Assembly (NCBI GenBank): GCA_963717465.1
Contig: OY970340.1
Coordinates: 1,056,001-1,120,000, forward strand
Direction of reading: 5' to 3'
Source: Candidatus Bathyarchaeota archaeon
GTDB lineage: Archaea; Thermoproteota; Bathyarchaeia; Bathyarchaeales; Bathycorpusculaceae
DNA length: 64,000 nucleotides
Positions 1 to 9,187 of the stretch are shown here, piece by piece (the stretch's first letter is position 1; each line of letters opens with the position of its first letter). Made by a program: the position numbers and the translations under genes. The notes under the pieces are model-generated. The model saw only the letters and a list, made by a program, of their open reading frames with translations. It made no database searches and had not been told where the DNA came from.

Positions 1-917
1 GAAGGAGTCGGTTTCACTGCGACTCTTACAATTAATGGCATACCACTTGATAATCCACCCAATATGCCACCTGCATTATTAGTTAGAGTTGTTACCTTCC
101 CGTTCTTTACAGTGTAGGCGTCATTGTTTTCTGAACCCTTCAACTCAGCAGCTTTAAACCCAACTCCGAACTCCACACCTTTAACGCTTGGAATGGTGAA
201 CAATATTTTAGCGATATCCGCATCTAAAGAATCAAACAAGGGGTCACCGACACCAACTGGAACATTCAGAGCGATGCATTCGATTGTTCCACCAACGCTA
301 TCGCCATCCTTCTTAGCTGCAACGATTGCTTCTTCCATTTTCTTTGCAAGCTTCAAATCTGGACAGCGAACCGCTGAAGAAAAAGTGCTGTCGCGAATTT
401 CCTCAACACTCAGTGACTTGTCCATTTTCACTGTGCCAATCGATTTTGTATAAGCGTAGACTTCAACGTTGACTTTGCCAAGAAGCTTCTTAGCGATGAC
501 ACCAGCCAAGACCAGTGCAACTGTTACTCTTCCGGAAAACCTTCCGCCACCACGATAATCATTAAAACCACCATACTTTAAGCGGGCAGGATAATCCGAG
601 TGACTTGGCCTTGGCAAATCCTTAATCTCCTCATAAGCGCTCGAATCAACATCCTTATTCTGCACTGTCACACATATTGGAGCGCCCGTTGTGAATCCAT
701 TAAAGACTCCTGAAAGTATTTTTGCGGTATCCTTTTCAGTTCTTCCTGAAACGATTTTCTGCTCTTTGGGAACCCGCCTATCAAGCTCAATTTGAAAATC
801 AGTTTCAGAAAGTGAAAGCCCAGCTGGGCAGCCATCTACCACAATGCCGACAGTTTTGCCGTGGCTTTCCCCAAAAGTGGTTACAGTAAATTCTTTACCT
901 ATCGAATTTCCCGCCAA
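1..917 (-). CDS. aroC: Chorismate synthase (3' end runs off window)
   Basis: Manual translation from TTG at 917: MAGNSIGKEFTVTTFGESHGKTVG; contains PRPSHSDY and RGGGRFSGR motifs; absent from ORF track because truncated. Confidence 0.95.
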   Translation of the reverse strand, partial: MAGNSIGKEFTVTTFGESHGKTVGIVVDGCPAGLSLSETDFQIELDRRVPKEQKIVSGRTEKDTAKILSGVFNGFTTGAPICVTVQNKDVDSSAYEEIKDLPRPSHSDYPARLKYGGFNDYRGGGRFSGRVTVALVLAGVIAKKLLGKVNVEVYAYTKSIGTVKMDKSLSVEEIRDSTFSSAVRCPDLKLAKKMEEAIVAAKKDGDSVGGTIECIALNVPVGVGDPLFDSLDADIAKILFTIPSVKGVEFGVGFKAAELKGSENNDAYTVKNGKVTTLTNNAGGILGGLSSGMPLIVRVAVKPTP

Positions 918-2199
918 CAACCTCAGCTCCTATACTGCTTAAATCAGTAAAGAATTGCGGATAAGATTTTCTAACGCATTCAGCATCCTGAATCTTGGTT
1001 TCTCCATTTGCGCGCAAAGCTGCAACTGCACAAGCCATCGCGATACGGTGATCATTATGCGGATCAATGATTGCACCATGCAAGTTGCATGAACCTTTAA
1101 CCGTTAGGCTGCTTTCAATAACATCTATTTGCGCTCCCATCTTTTCTAACTCAACACAAATGGAAGACAACCTATCAGACTCCTTAAACCTAAGTCTATG
1201 AGCACCATATATTTTAGAAGTACCATTAGCAAAACATGCAAGCGCCGTTAAAACCGGCACGAGATCAGGAATATTCTTTGCATCCAAATTCAACGGCATG
1301 AGCGGATTGGTAGACCCTTCAACCCTAACTTTGCCCTTACTCATTTTTTCCTTTACACCCATTTGTTTCAAAATGTCCAAAATAACTTTATCGCCTTGAA
1401 GAGTCTGATAATCAAGATTGTTAACCTGCACCTCTGAATCTGTTATTGCAGCAGCGGCTAAAAGAAAAGCAGCTGACGAAAAATCGCCAGGCACCTTGCA
1501 GTCAGATTGCTTGTAAATTTGGCGTGAAGGTATACTAATGCTTCTAAAATTATCTTGGAAATCAACCTTCACCTGATGCATTGCCAGAACCTCTCGTGTC
1601 ATCTTAACGTAATCTTCAGACTCCAATGGCGATGTAAGCGTTACTTTAGTTGGTTTTTTTGCCATCGGGCATGCAAACATTAGGCCTGAAACGAACTGGG
1701 AACTCACATCTCCAGGCATAGACGTTTCTCCTCCATTGATTCCGCCACCGCTAACGATCAGCGCGGTTTTATCGGAGATTCTTTCTTGAGTAACTTGTAC
1801 TCTTAAATCATTGAGGCTTTTCAGTAAGGGTTCAATGGGTCTTTTCTCTAAGCCTTGTCCAAGAATAAACGTTGAAGCACCCGATGCTAATGCTGCAATG
1901 GGTATCATGAATCGCAAGGTGGCTCCAGATTCACCACAGTCAATCGGTTCCTTTGCCGCAGTAAGCGAATTAGTGCCTTCAACAATCCAGGCATTTTTTG
2001 CAATCTTTACTTTCGCGCCTAAAGCGGTAACAGCGCGTAGAGTGGCTGAAGTGTCCTCAGACAAGAGTGGATTCATCACTTTTCCAGGGCCATTTGATAG
2101 AGAAGCGGCTATGAGCATTCTTTGAGTGTAAGCTTTCGAGGAGGGCGCATTGACGGAACCATTTAGTTTCAAGGTTTTCTTTACAATCACGTTAGTCAT
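895..2199 (-). CDS. aroA: EPSP synthase (3-phosphoshikimate 1-carboxyvinyltransferase)
   Basis: PSSKA, DCGESGATLRF, SSQF, PGDFSSA, KESDR, DHRIAM, KSYP motifs. Confidence 0.97.
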   Translation of the reverse strand: MTNVIVKKTLKLNGSVNAPSSKAYTQRMLIAASLSNGPGKVMNPLLSEDTSATLRAVTALGAKVKIAKNAWIVEGTNSLTAAKEPIDCGESGATLRFMIPIAALASGASTFILGQGLEKRPIEPLLKSLNDLRVQVTQERISDKTALIVSGGGINGGETSMPGDVSSQFVSGLMFACPMAKKPTKVTLTSPLESEDYVKMTREVLAMHQVKVDFQDNFRSISIPSRQIYKQSDCKVPGDFSSAAFLLAAAAITDSEVQVNNLDYQTLQGDKVILDILKQMGVKEKMSKGKVRVEGSTNPLMPLNLDAKNIPDLVPVLTALACFANGTSKIYGAHRLRFKESDRLSSICVELEKMGAQIDVIESSLTVKGSCNLHGAIIDPHNDHRIAMACAVAALRANGETKIQDAECVRKSYPQFFTDLSSIGAEVVGGKFDR

Positions 2200-2202
2200 G
2201 AG

Positions 2203-3072
2203 CTAGAGCACCGTTGCTTTTGAATTGTTCAAATTCGCTTGCAGAATTTCGCCCTCATAACTTTTCATCGCCGCAATTACAGGTTTGACTTTATTCTTAG
2301 GTGCAAGTGCTGTTATCGCTGGTCCTTTGCCGCATAGTCCTGCTGCAACGGCTCCTGCCGCTAAAGCATCCAATGCTATGGTAGTGTCGTATCCTAAGGC
2401 TGAAGAATAAATCAAACCGTTAAGCGTTAACGCTTCTAGGAAGTTGCCTTTTAAGGCTTCGTTGTAGGCGATTTCAACAAGTGGCTTAACAGTTTGCAGT
2501 CCAGCAAAATTGGATTGTGCAGTGTAAGATTTTTTGGGTGGAACATGAAACAGCACAGTTAAATCGCTCGGCAACGGGAACTGCTTAACTATTTCTCGTT
2601 TCGAGTTATCAGTAACTAATGCTCCGCCAAAAAATGAAGCGCATGCATCATCAAAAGCTCCTGTAACCGTGACATTGGCATCAAAGGCCGCTTCAACACC
2701 TAACTTTACAACTTCTAAATCATCCAGGCTCTTGCCTAAAGCGCCAAGGGTTGCGAGGGCAACGGCGTTTGCGGCGGCACTGCTACTTTTTAGTCCTCTA
2801 GCAATGGGAATGTTTGAGTAAGTTTTCACTTTGGCACCATACTTATTTTCTAACCCGAATCGTTGCAGTATTCTCAGCACAGTTTTTTTGGTTAGAAGAG
2901 TGTTTTCTTTTGGATCTGAAGTGATTGTTGCTTCCACATTTTTTGGGTCATCGGTTAATTCTAATTCAGCTTTAGTCCATAAGTCAACTCCAAACGCGGC
3001 ACCCTTTCCTAAGGCAATTGCGTTAACTATCGTTGCTGCACCGTAAGATATTGCAACTGCTTTTCCCGCCAT
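2203..3072 (-). CDS. aroK: Archaeal GHMP-type shikimate kinase
   Basis: ATIVNAIALGKGAAFG N-terminus, PIARGLKSSSA GHMP motif, VTGAFDD; operon context. Confidence 0.93.
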   Translation of the reverse strand: MAGKAVAISYGAATIVNAIALGKGAAFGVDLWTKAELELTDDPKNVEATITSDPKENTLLTKKTVLRILQRFGLENKYGAKVKTYSNIPIARGLKSSSAAANAVALATLGALGKSLDDLEVVKLGVEAAFDANVTVTGAFDDACASFFGGALVTDNSKREIVKQFPLPSDLTVLFHVPPKKSYTAQSNFAGLQTVKPLVEIAYNEALKGNFLEALTLNGLIYSSALGYDTTIALDALAAGAVAAGLCGKGPAITALAPKNKVKPVIAAMKSYEGEILQANLNNSKATVL

Positions 3073-3075
3073 TTT

Positions 3076-3930
3076 TTACACCTTTAAATGTTCTAATGCT
3101 GCTTGTCTCATAACTTCGATTGGTGCTGGCTGAGACGTCCAGATTGTGAAGGATGCTGCACCTTGGTAGATTAGCATTTCAACGCCGTTTACAACTTTGG
3201 CCTTTGCCTTTTTCGCGTCCCTTATCAGTTTTGTTTCAACAGGATTATACACAATATCCATCACTACTAAGTCAGGTTTTAGCCATTCAGCCGCAACTAA
3301 ACTTTGGTCAACGTTTGGTTTCATTCCCACTGAAGTAGCATTAACAAGAATATCCGACTCCTTAAGGCTCTCATGCACATTACTTGAGGTAAGCGCTTTG
3401 GAAACAATTTTCTTATTCACATTTCGCCTTAAAACTGCCGCTAAATTTTCTGCCTGTTTACCAGTCCGATTTAAAATTATCAGTTCACCAACTTTTTGAG
3501 CCAAACTGTACGCAATGGCTCTTGCAGCCCCACCTGCTCCAAGCAAAAGCAACTTTTTCCCTTTTAGATTCACATCGTTTTTTTCCAAAGCCCTTAATGC
3601 GCCAACTCCGTCCGTGTTAAAACCGCAAAGCCTACCATCCTTGTTTAGAATCGTGTTAACGGCATTTAGTGATTTGGAAGTTTGATCAATTTCATCTAAA
3701 TAATTAATTACTGTACTTTTATGAGGCATTGTAACGTTTAACCCGTGAATGTCTAATGCACGCATGCCTTTCAACGCGTTTTCCACGTTTTCCTTTTTTA
3801 CTCTAAAGGCTAAAAAAACATAATCCATTTTTAAATGGTCAAATGCTGCATTATGCAAGATGGGGCTTAAACTGTGCTCTATCGGGTCACCAATAACTCC
3901 GAACAAGCGTGTTTTTCCCGTTATACCCAT
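3076..3930 (-). CDS. aroE: Shikimate dehydrogenase
   Basis: GDPIEHSLSP, NVTMPHK, NTDG, GAGGAARA, NATSVGM, DIVYNP. Confidence 0.97.
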   Translation of the reverse strand: MGITGKTRLFGVIGDPIEHSLSPILHNAAFDHLKMDYVFLAFRVKKENVENALKGMRALDIHGLNVTMPHKSTVINYLDEIDQTSKSLNAVNTILNKDGRLCGFNTDGVGALRALEKNDVNLKGKKLLLLGAGGAARAIAYSLAQKVGELIILNRTGKQAENLAAVLRRNVNKKIVSKALTSSNVHESLKESDILVNATSVGMKPNVDQSLVAAEWLKPDLVVMDIVYNPVETKLIRDAKKAKAKVVNGVEMLIYQGAASFTIWTSQPAPIEVMRQAALEHLKV

Positions 3931-4615
3931 TCATTTTAACCCCAAAAGGTCGATTGCATCTTTCATTTCTTGAATAGTCATTTGTCCTGGTGCAGTATGT
4001 TTGTCTTTTTCGATTGAGGCAAACGTGAAGAATGCGCCGAAAGTTGGGGAGAGAAGTCTTGAAACTTTGCCCTGTTCCCCCATGCAGAAACAAACAAGTT
4101 TTGTCTTGCTTGAGTTTGCGGAAATAAAATTTAGGGATTCCAAATTGTCTTGGCTTTTTCTTGCAGTCGTTACAATTTTGCAGATACTTGCTCCGCTGAG
4201 CGATTTCTTTTTCAAGAATTCCGTTCATTTCTTCAATGCTTAGTGGTCCATCATAATTATGGTGAGAAACAATCGATTCAGCGCCTAACGCTTTCATTTC
4301 TTTAACTAGTTCCTTAAGCTTTGAACTCTGCAGGTTCAAATCGACGTAGTTAAAACCTGCTTTTGCCGCTTGGATTAACGTTTGGTTTCGTTGCGTTTCA
4401 GAACCTGAGAAATAGCCTTTTTCGCTTAACATTTTGTTTGTGGCGATTAAGGGAATTTTGGTGCTTGCTGGGAGGTCTGATAGTTTTCGCGAGTTTTCCA
4501 GTTTGTCCATTCTTACTTCGATGAAGTCTGCGTGTGCTTTTTCTGCCTTCTCGATTAGATTCTGTGCTTCAGATATGTCTTTGGGAAGAATTGACACGCA
4601 GATTCTGGTTGTCAC
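3931..4615 (-). CDS. aroD: Type I 3-dehydroquinate dehydratase, split by one frameshift near 4195
   Basis: ADFIEVRMD and SHH in the first ORF; CKIV...MGEQGKVSRL...APGQ in the second. Confidence 0.9.
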
Positions 4616-5653
4616 TTTTCAATCACCATTTCTTCAGGGACGGATACGCCGAAGTGTCTTCCTCCTTTCGCGGCTAAATGCACTAAGACTTCATCGTTTG
4701 GTTTTAATTCTGTTACAGGTTTTGAACCGCTGGGAGTTACTACACAAATGGTTTCTGCGTTTTGAAGTATGGTTTTGATTTTCGTGTTGTTTACTTTGGC
4801 TTCAACTAATATTAAGGGTCGGAATTCAATTTTTGACCTTCCAACGTTCGTAATTCTAACTTTTCCTTCTCTGTTCACAACTAAGACTTCATCGCCAGCT
4901 TTCAATTCAGAGAGGTAACGAGTATTCTGAAGCGACGTAAGAGTATACTGCGATGCTGGTCCCGCGTTAACACGGAACGGTCTTGATGCAACGTAAGGGT
5001 TTTCGTTCACTTCCGCTTCAACTAAAAAGAAGCCTGCTGATTGGCATCCGACAAGCATTCCTTCGCCTGAAGACATTAAGTCGCAGGTGTCAACGCAAAC
5101 TCTTGCTCCGGAACTAATCGGTTTGATTGCTAAGACTTTGGCGGCTACTAAGATAACTTGCGGATTTATGGTTTTGACAATATTAATAGTCTTTGAGAGC
5201 TCGTCTGGAATCTTGGTTTCCAGTAAAACGCCGTCTGTTCCAAGTTCCAGCGCTTCAAGAACAAGTTTTGCGTCCTGCGCTGTCGTGACATGAGCGATTA
5301 GTTTGCTTTTTCCTCGTTTTTTAGCGATCAGGTTTTCTAATGGAATTACTCGCCAATCAAGACAGTTTATGATTATGTAATCAACTTGAAGTTGGGCTGC
5401 TTTTGCTGCTTTGTTTTCGTCTTCTTTTCCTTTAATGACTTATTTGAATGGCGGTTTTTTTGCCTTCGTTTTTTAATTGTGCAATGTTTTTTTCGTTTAG
5501 GTCAGCAAGAAAAGCTATTTCCTCTTTGCCATTTCGGCTTATTGCTTGCCCGTTTTCAAGGATTACATCTGCGTTTTCATTGGCAAGGCTAAGTAATGCT
5601 TCTTTATCCTTTTGTGAATCAACCTGTGTTATTTCAAACCAGAGTTCCTTCAA
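4612..5653 (-). CDS. aroB': 3-dehydroquinate synthase II (archaeal type), frameshifted in the 5' half
   Basis: MKELW start; WRVIPLENL, LELGTDGVL and ARVCVDTCD read manually; RPFRVNAG, YLSELKAGD, KIEFRPL, GRHFG at C-terminus. Confidence 0.9.
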
Positions 5654-6442
5654 TTGCTTTCACCAAGCAATTTAAGCGCTTGATCAACAGAGACTCCATC
5701 ATGAACTATGCTTTTAAGTGCCTTAGCTATTAAAGCAGGGTTTTCATACTGGAAAATGTTTCGTCCAATGGTGAGTCCTGCTCCTCCAGCTTTTATCAGA
5801 GTCATGGGCTGTTTGAAGAATTTCTTTGGGCGTTTTGCATTTTGGTCCTCCTGAAATAACTACTGGTACCGGACAGCTTTCAACCACTGCCTTGAAGGTT
5901 TCTATGCTGCCTGTGTAGTTTGCTTTTATTATGTCTGCGCCTAGTTCTGCTCCTATTCTCGCTGCGTGTGCAACAAGGTCTGGTGCATGTTCATTTTGTA
6001 TTTTTGGTCCTCTTGGGTACATCATTGCAAGTAATGGAATTCCGTATGCTTCGCATTCTTCGGCTACTTTGCCGAGGTTTTCAAGCATTTTTTCTTCATC
6101 TTGTGCGCCCACGTTTACGTGTACTGATACTGCGTCTGCGCCGATTCTGATGGCTTCTTGAACTGTGCATACTTGGGCTTTGCTGTTTACGTTTGGGGCT
6201 TAAGTTGGACAGACCTGATAGCATTACGATTAATCCTGCGTTTTTTGTGTCAACTATTTTTGCTATGCCTTTGTGGACAAGTACTGCGTCAACTTGTCCT
6301 TCTACGAGTTGGTTAATTATTTGCTGCATGTTGCCTATTCCTTGAACTGGGCCGATTGTTACACCGTGATCCATCGGAACGATTATGTTCGGTTGTCTTG
6401 CTGCATGATTCTTTTTAATCTGCGAGTTTTTCCTGAGTTCAT
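5650..6442 (-). CDS. aroA': 2-amino-3,7-dideoxy-D-threo-hept-6-ulosonate synthase (DhnA-type aldolase), about three frameshifts
   Basis: ATG 6442 [38 protein letters not shown]; ends [10 protein letters not shown] at 5650 overlapping the aroB' start. Confidence 0.88.
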
Positions 6443-6457
6443 TTTTTTTTCAACCTT

Positions 6458-7712
6458 TTATTTTTGTTTTCTTAATGAGTTTTTGATTAACTTGAGTGCT
6501 TCTTCCTTTTCATTCCAGTCTACAAAGAGTAGAATGCTTGATGTAATTGTTAATATTCCTGATATGTTTATGCCGTTTAATCTAAGGTCTTCGCTGATTT
6601 TTCCAATTATGCCATGTGTTTCTTCAAGCCCAACACCGCTTGTTTTAATGAAAACAAGGTCTTTTTTGACTGCCATCGCTATAGTTTCAGAGTGGCTTAT
6701 TGTTATCTTGTGGATATCGTTGAAGAGAGCGCTTAGATTTTTTTCTTTTTCCTGTGAAACATAGAGTATGGCGGAGTTTGTATTCATTGACATGCCTAAA
6801 AGTTGCGTGTGCTGTTTGACTTTTTCCGCCATTTCCTGTATGATTTGCGGGTTTGCGGATAATCCGTTTCCAACCACGGTTATTTCAGCAACTGGTGAAT
6901 CATGTGCGATTTCAGCGTCAAGTTCGGTGGCTAACCCACCTGTTATTATGCGTTCCTTCTTGCGTGAGGTTGCCCTGAGAATTACTGATCACTCGAACGT
7001 TGATGTTTTTAGGTTTGTACTTTAAGGCTTTGGTATGGATGAATTTCGCTCCTGAGTCTGCTAAGCCAACTAATGTGCTAACGTCGATTTCACTTAGTTT
7101 TTGTGGGGTTTTTACAATTTTTGGATCAGAGGACATTATGCCATCTGCATCAGTTACTAAAACTATTTCGTTTGCGTCCAATGCTTCGGCGATTATGAAT
7201 GCAGTTGTGTCGCTTCCCCCTCTTCCGAGAGTGGTGATTTTACCGTCTTTGGTTTTCCCTAAAAAACCTGCAATTACAGGTATAATGTTCTTTTCAATTA
7301 TCGGCTGGATTGCTTGGTTAATATTTTTTTTGCATTCTGTGAGGATTGGATTTGCGTTTTGGAATGTTGAGTCAGTTATTATTGGCCATTTGTCATCAAT
7401 TGGGTCGAAGTAACAGGCGTTTACACCGTTAGTCTTAAGCGCTGCAGCAAATATCCGCACACTGGTTCGCTCACCCATCGAGAGTATATCATCTAAATCA
7501 TGTTTTTCGAGTTTACCATTTGAAGTGTTTTTTGCTGTGGTCATGAGTATGTCGGTTGTCTTGCCCATTGCTGAAACTACAACGGCTATCTGTGTGCCTT
7601 TTTTTGCCTCATTCACTACGGCAACTGCAGCCTTGAGTAATTTTTCATGGTCAGCAAGGCTTGAACCGCCAAATTTAACCACAATTTTTTTGTTAGAATT
7701 ATTTTTTTCCAT
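6458..7712 (-). CDS. lysC: Aspartate kinase with C-terminal ACT domains, one frameshift near 6950
   Basis: VVKFGGSS, VVVSAMGKTTD, TLGRGGSD; ACT-like second ORF 6458-6877. Confidence 0.9.
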
Positions 7713-7730
7713 AAGTTACACCCATGCTTT

Positions 7731-7764
7731 GCCCAGAACTTTTCTTAAAACTTAAGTTCTGAGC
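7731..7764 (-). promoter_or_regulatory. 11-bp RNA hairpin between leader peptide stop and lysC ribosome-binding site
   Basis: Minus strand GCUCAGAACUU-N12-AAGUUCUGGGC, 10 Watson-Crick pairs + 1 G-U. Confidence 0.6.
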
Positions 7765-7827
7765 TTAAGGAAAATAATAATAAAAGCAGTATTCGAAGCT
7801 AAAGATATGATCTGAATTCGCTATCAT
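7765..7827 (-). CDS. Putative Phe/Tyr-rich leader peptide MIANSDHIFSFEYCFYYYFP (20 aa)
   Basis: ATG ATA GCG AAT TCA GAT CAT ATC TTT AGC TTC GAA TAC TGC TTT TAT TAT TAT TTT CCT TAA; directly upstream of the aromatic biosynthesis operon. Confidence 0.65.
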   Translation of the reverse strand: MIANSDHIFSFEYCFYYYFP

Positions 7828-7880
7828 TTCTTGAGTTAATAGACATTGCTTCGAACCTGCAAAAAAGACATAGCCTTCAA

Positions 7881-7896
7881 AATATAAGCGTTTCGG
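7881..7896 (-). promoter_or_regulatory. Candidate BRE-TATA promoter of the lysC-aro operon
   Basis: Minus strand CCGAAA-CG-CTTATATT; predicts a start near 7860. Confidence 0.5.
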
Positions 7897-8098
7897 AGTT
7901 TGACTGCTATTTAGCCATTTCCTCTACACAAATTCAACCACTTGTGCAATTTTTAAAGAAAAAAGTTGTACAAGAAAAGATACAACTGATGACCTTTTTT
8001 CTTCCTTCACACTTGAGTTGCTAAGGAAGGACTGCTATTTGAGCTATCTAGTTTGCTTAAGACTGTTACTCCTTCAACGGGAGTCTTCCTTCAAAAAG

Positions 8099-9187
8099 CT
8101 ATTTTTTCCCCAGCTTTGTCGGCAAGTATTCGTCAACGATGTACGTCAACCCGTAGCGGCTGAAAGCCTCTTGTTCTGCCTTGCGCTTGATTTTAAGGAA
8201 TAGTTTGATTTCTCGTTGCCAGAGTGGATCATCCTGGTATCTTGGGTCTTTCTGCAACTCGTAAAGTCTTTTGATGTCTACTTCGTCAAGTGGGTCCGTG
8301 GGTAGCTTGTATTCAATTATGTCTGAAGCCCAAACTCCACTCCAAACCGCATCAGGAGTGTTCAATTCTCGCAAGTGTGCCGCATTTGCTGAACCTGAAA
8401 TAATAACTTGGGCAATATGCATTCCCCATGGGTCTCCATCGGTTAAAATGTAAACTGGCAAGTTTAGTTCATCGTGAAGTCTGCGTATAAAGCTGCGGGT
8501 TTGTCTTGGTGCTTGACCACCACAGGAAATTAGCATGGCCTTGTGCTTGTTATGAACGTTTTCTTCAATAAACCGTGTGAACAATGCACCTTTCTCAATT
8601 GCGATTACTTTGTCAGCTTTTGTATTGATGAATTCGGCGGAGGTTAAAGCTGGGCCGATGAGAACGCCGTCTGGGTGACTTGTCAAGTTTAAGGTCCTTC
8701 CTTCGTAGCCTGGGACTGTGTAGCTGATTGTTAAATCTCCAAAAATTGCAGAGCGCTCTTCAGGAAAAATGTGAAAGTCTTCACGAGCAAACCCTGTTAG
8801 CGTTTCTAGATCAGTTATGATGTTGTTTGATTCCTGTTGGTCAGTGAACGTCATCTCGTATGCTTGAGCTGAATAATAGACATCTCTTAAAGTCGAAGTC
8901 TTGCGTTGCGAAGTCAACTCGTTACTGAACATTGCAGCCCACGCCAACTGTGTAAAAGGCTTAATATGTCGAATGTTCCGTGCGCTTCGGCTGACATTCT
9001 TTTCTCCTAAAACATACTGGCGCAATACAGGATCAAAATTAATGTTCTCTGTCGAACGGCTTGGCATATTAATAGTCGGAAAGACTCCTTGGTCAAGCTG
9101 ATTATAAATTTCCGTGCCAAACTTCTTTAGGCCTCCAATGACCTCATTTTTTCTCTCTACAATTTTAGCTTTCTTCGTCTGCGCCAT
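8099..9187 (-). CDS. top6A: DNA topoisomerase VI subunit A
   Basis: TLRDVYY catalytic Tyr region, IEK and DGDPWG TOPRIM motifs, EQEA. Confidence 0.96.
   Translation of the reverse strand: MAQTKKAKIVERKNEVIGGLKKFGTEIYNQLDQGVFPTINMPSRSTENINFDPVLRQYVLGEKNVSRSARNIRHIKPFTQLAWAAMFSNELTSQRKTSTLRDVYYSAQAYEMTFTDQQESNNIITDLETLTGFAREDFHIFPEERSAIFGDLTISYTVPGYEGRTLNLTSHPDGVLIGPALTSAEFINTKADKVIAIEKGALFTRFIEENVHNKHKAMLISCGGQAPRQTRSFIRRLHDELNLPVYILTDGDPWGMHIAQVIISGSANAAHLRELNTPDAVWSGVWASDIIEYKLPTDPLDEVDIKRLYELQKDPRYQDDPLWQREIKLFLKIKRKAEQEAFSRYGLTYIVDEYLPTKLGKK

Noticed and set aside
7799..7846. Alternative uORF MSINSRNDSEFRSYL in the aro leader
   Set aside because: No compositional link to the operon; kept only as a competing start that could confound the leader-peptide model.
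8025..8092. Short nested inverted repeats downstream of top6A (possible structured RNA or IS end)
   Set aside because: Stems are only 4-6 bp and overlap; no transposase or recognisable RNA family motif.
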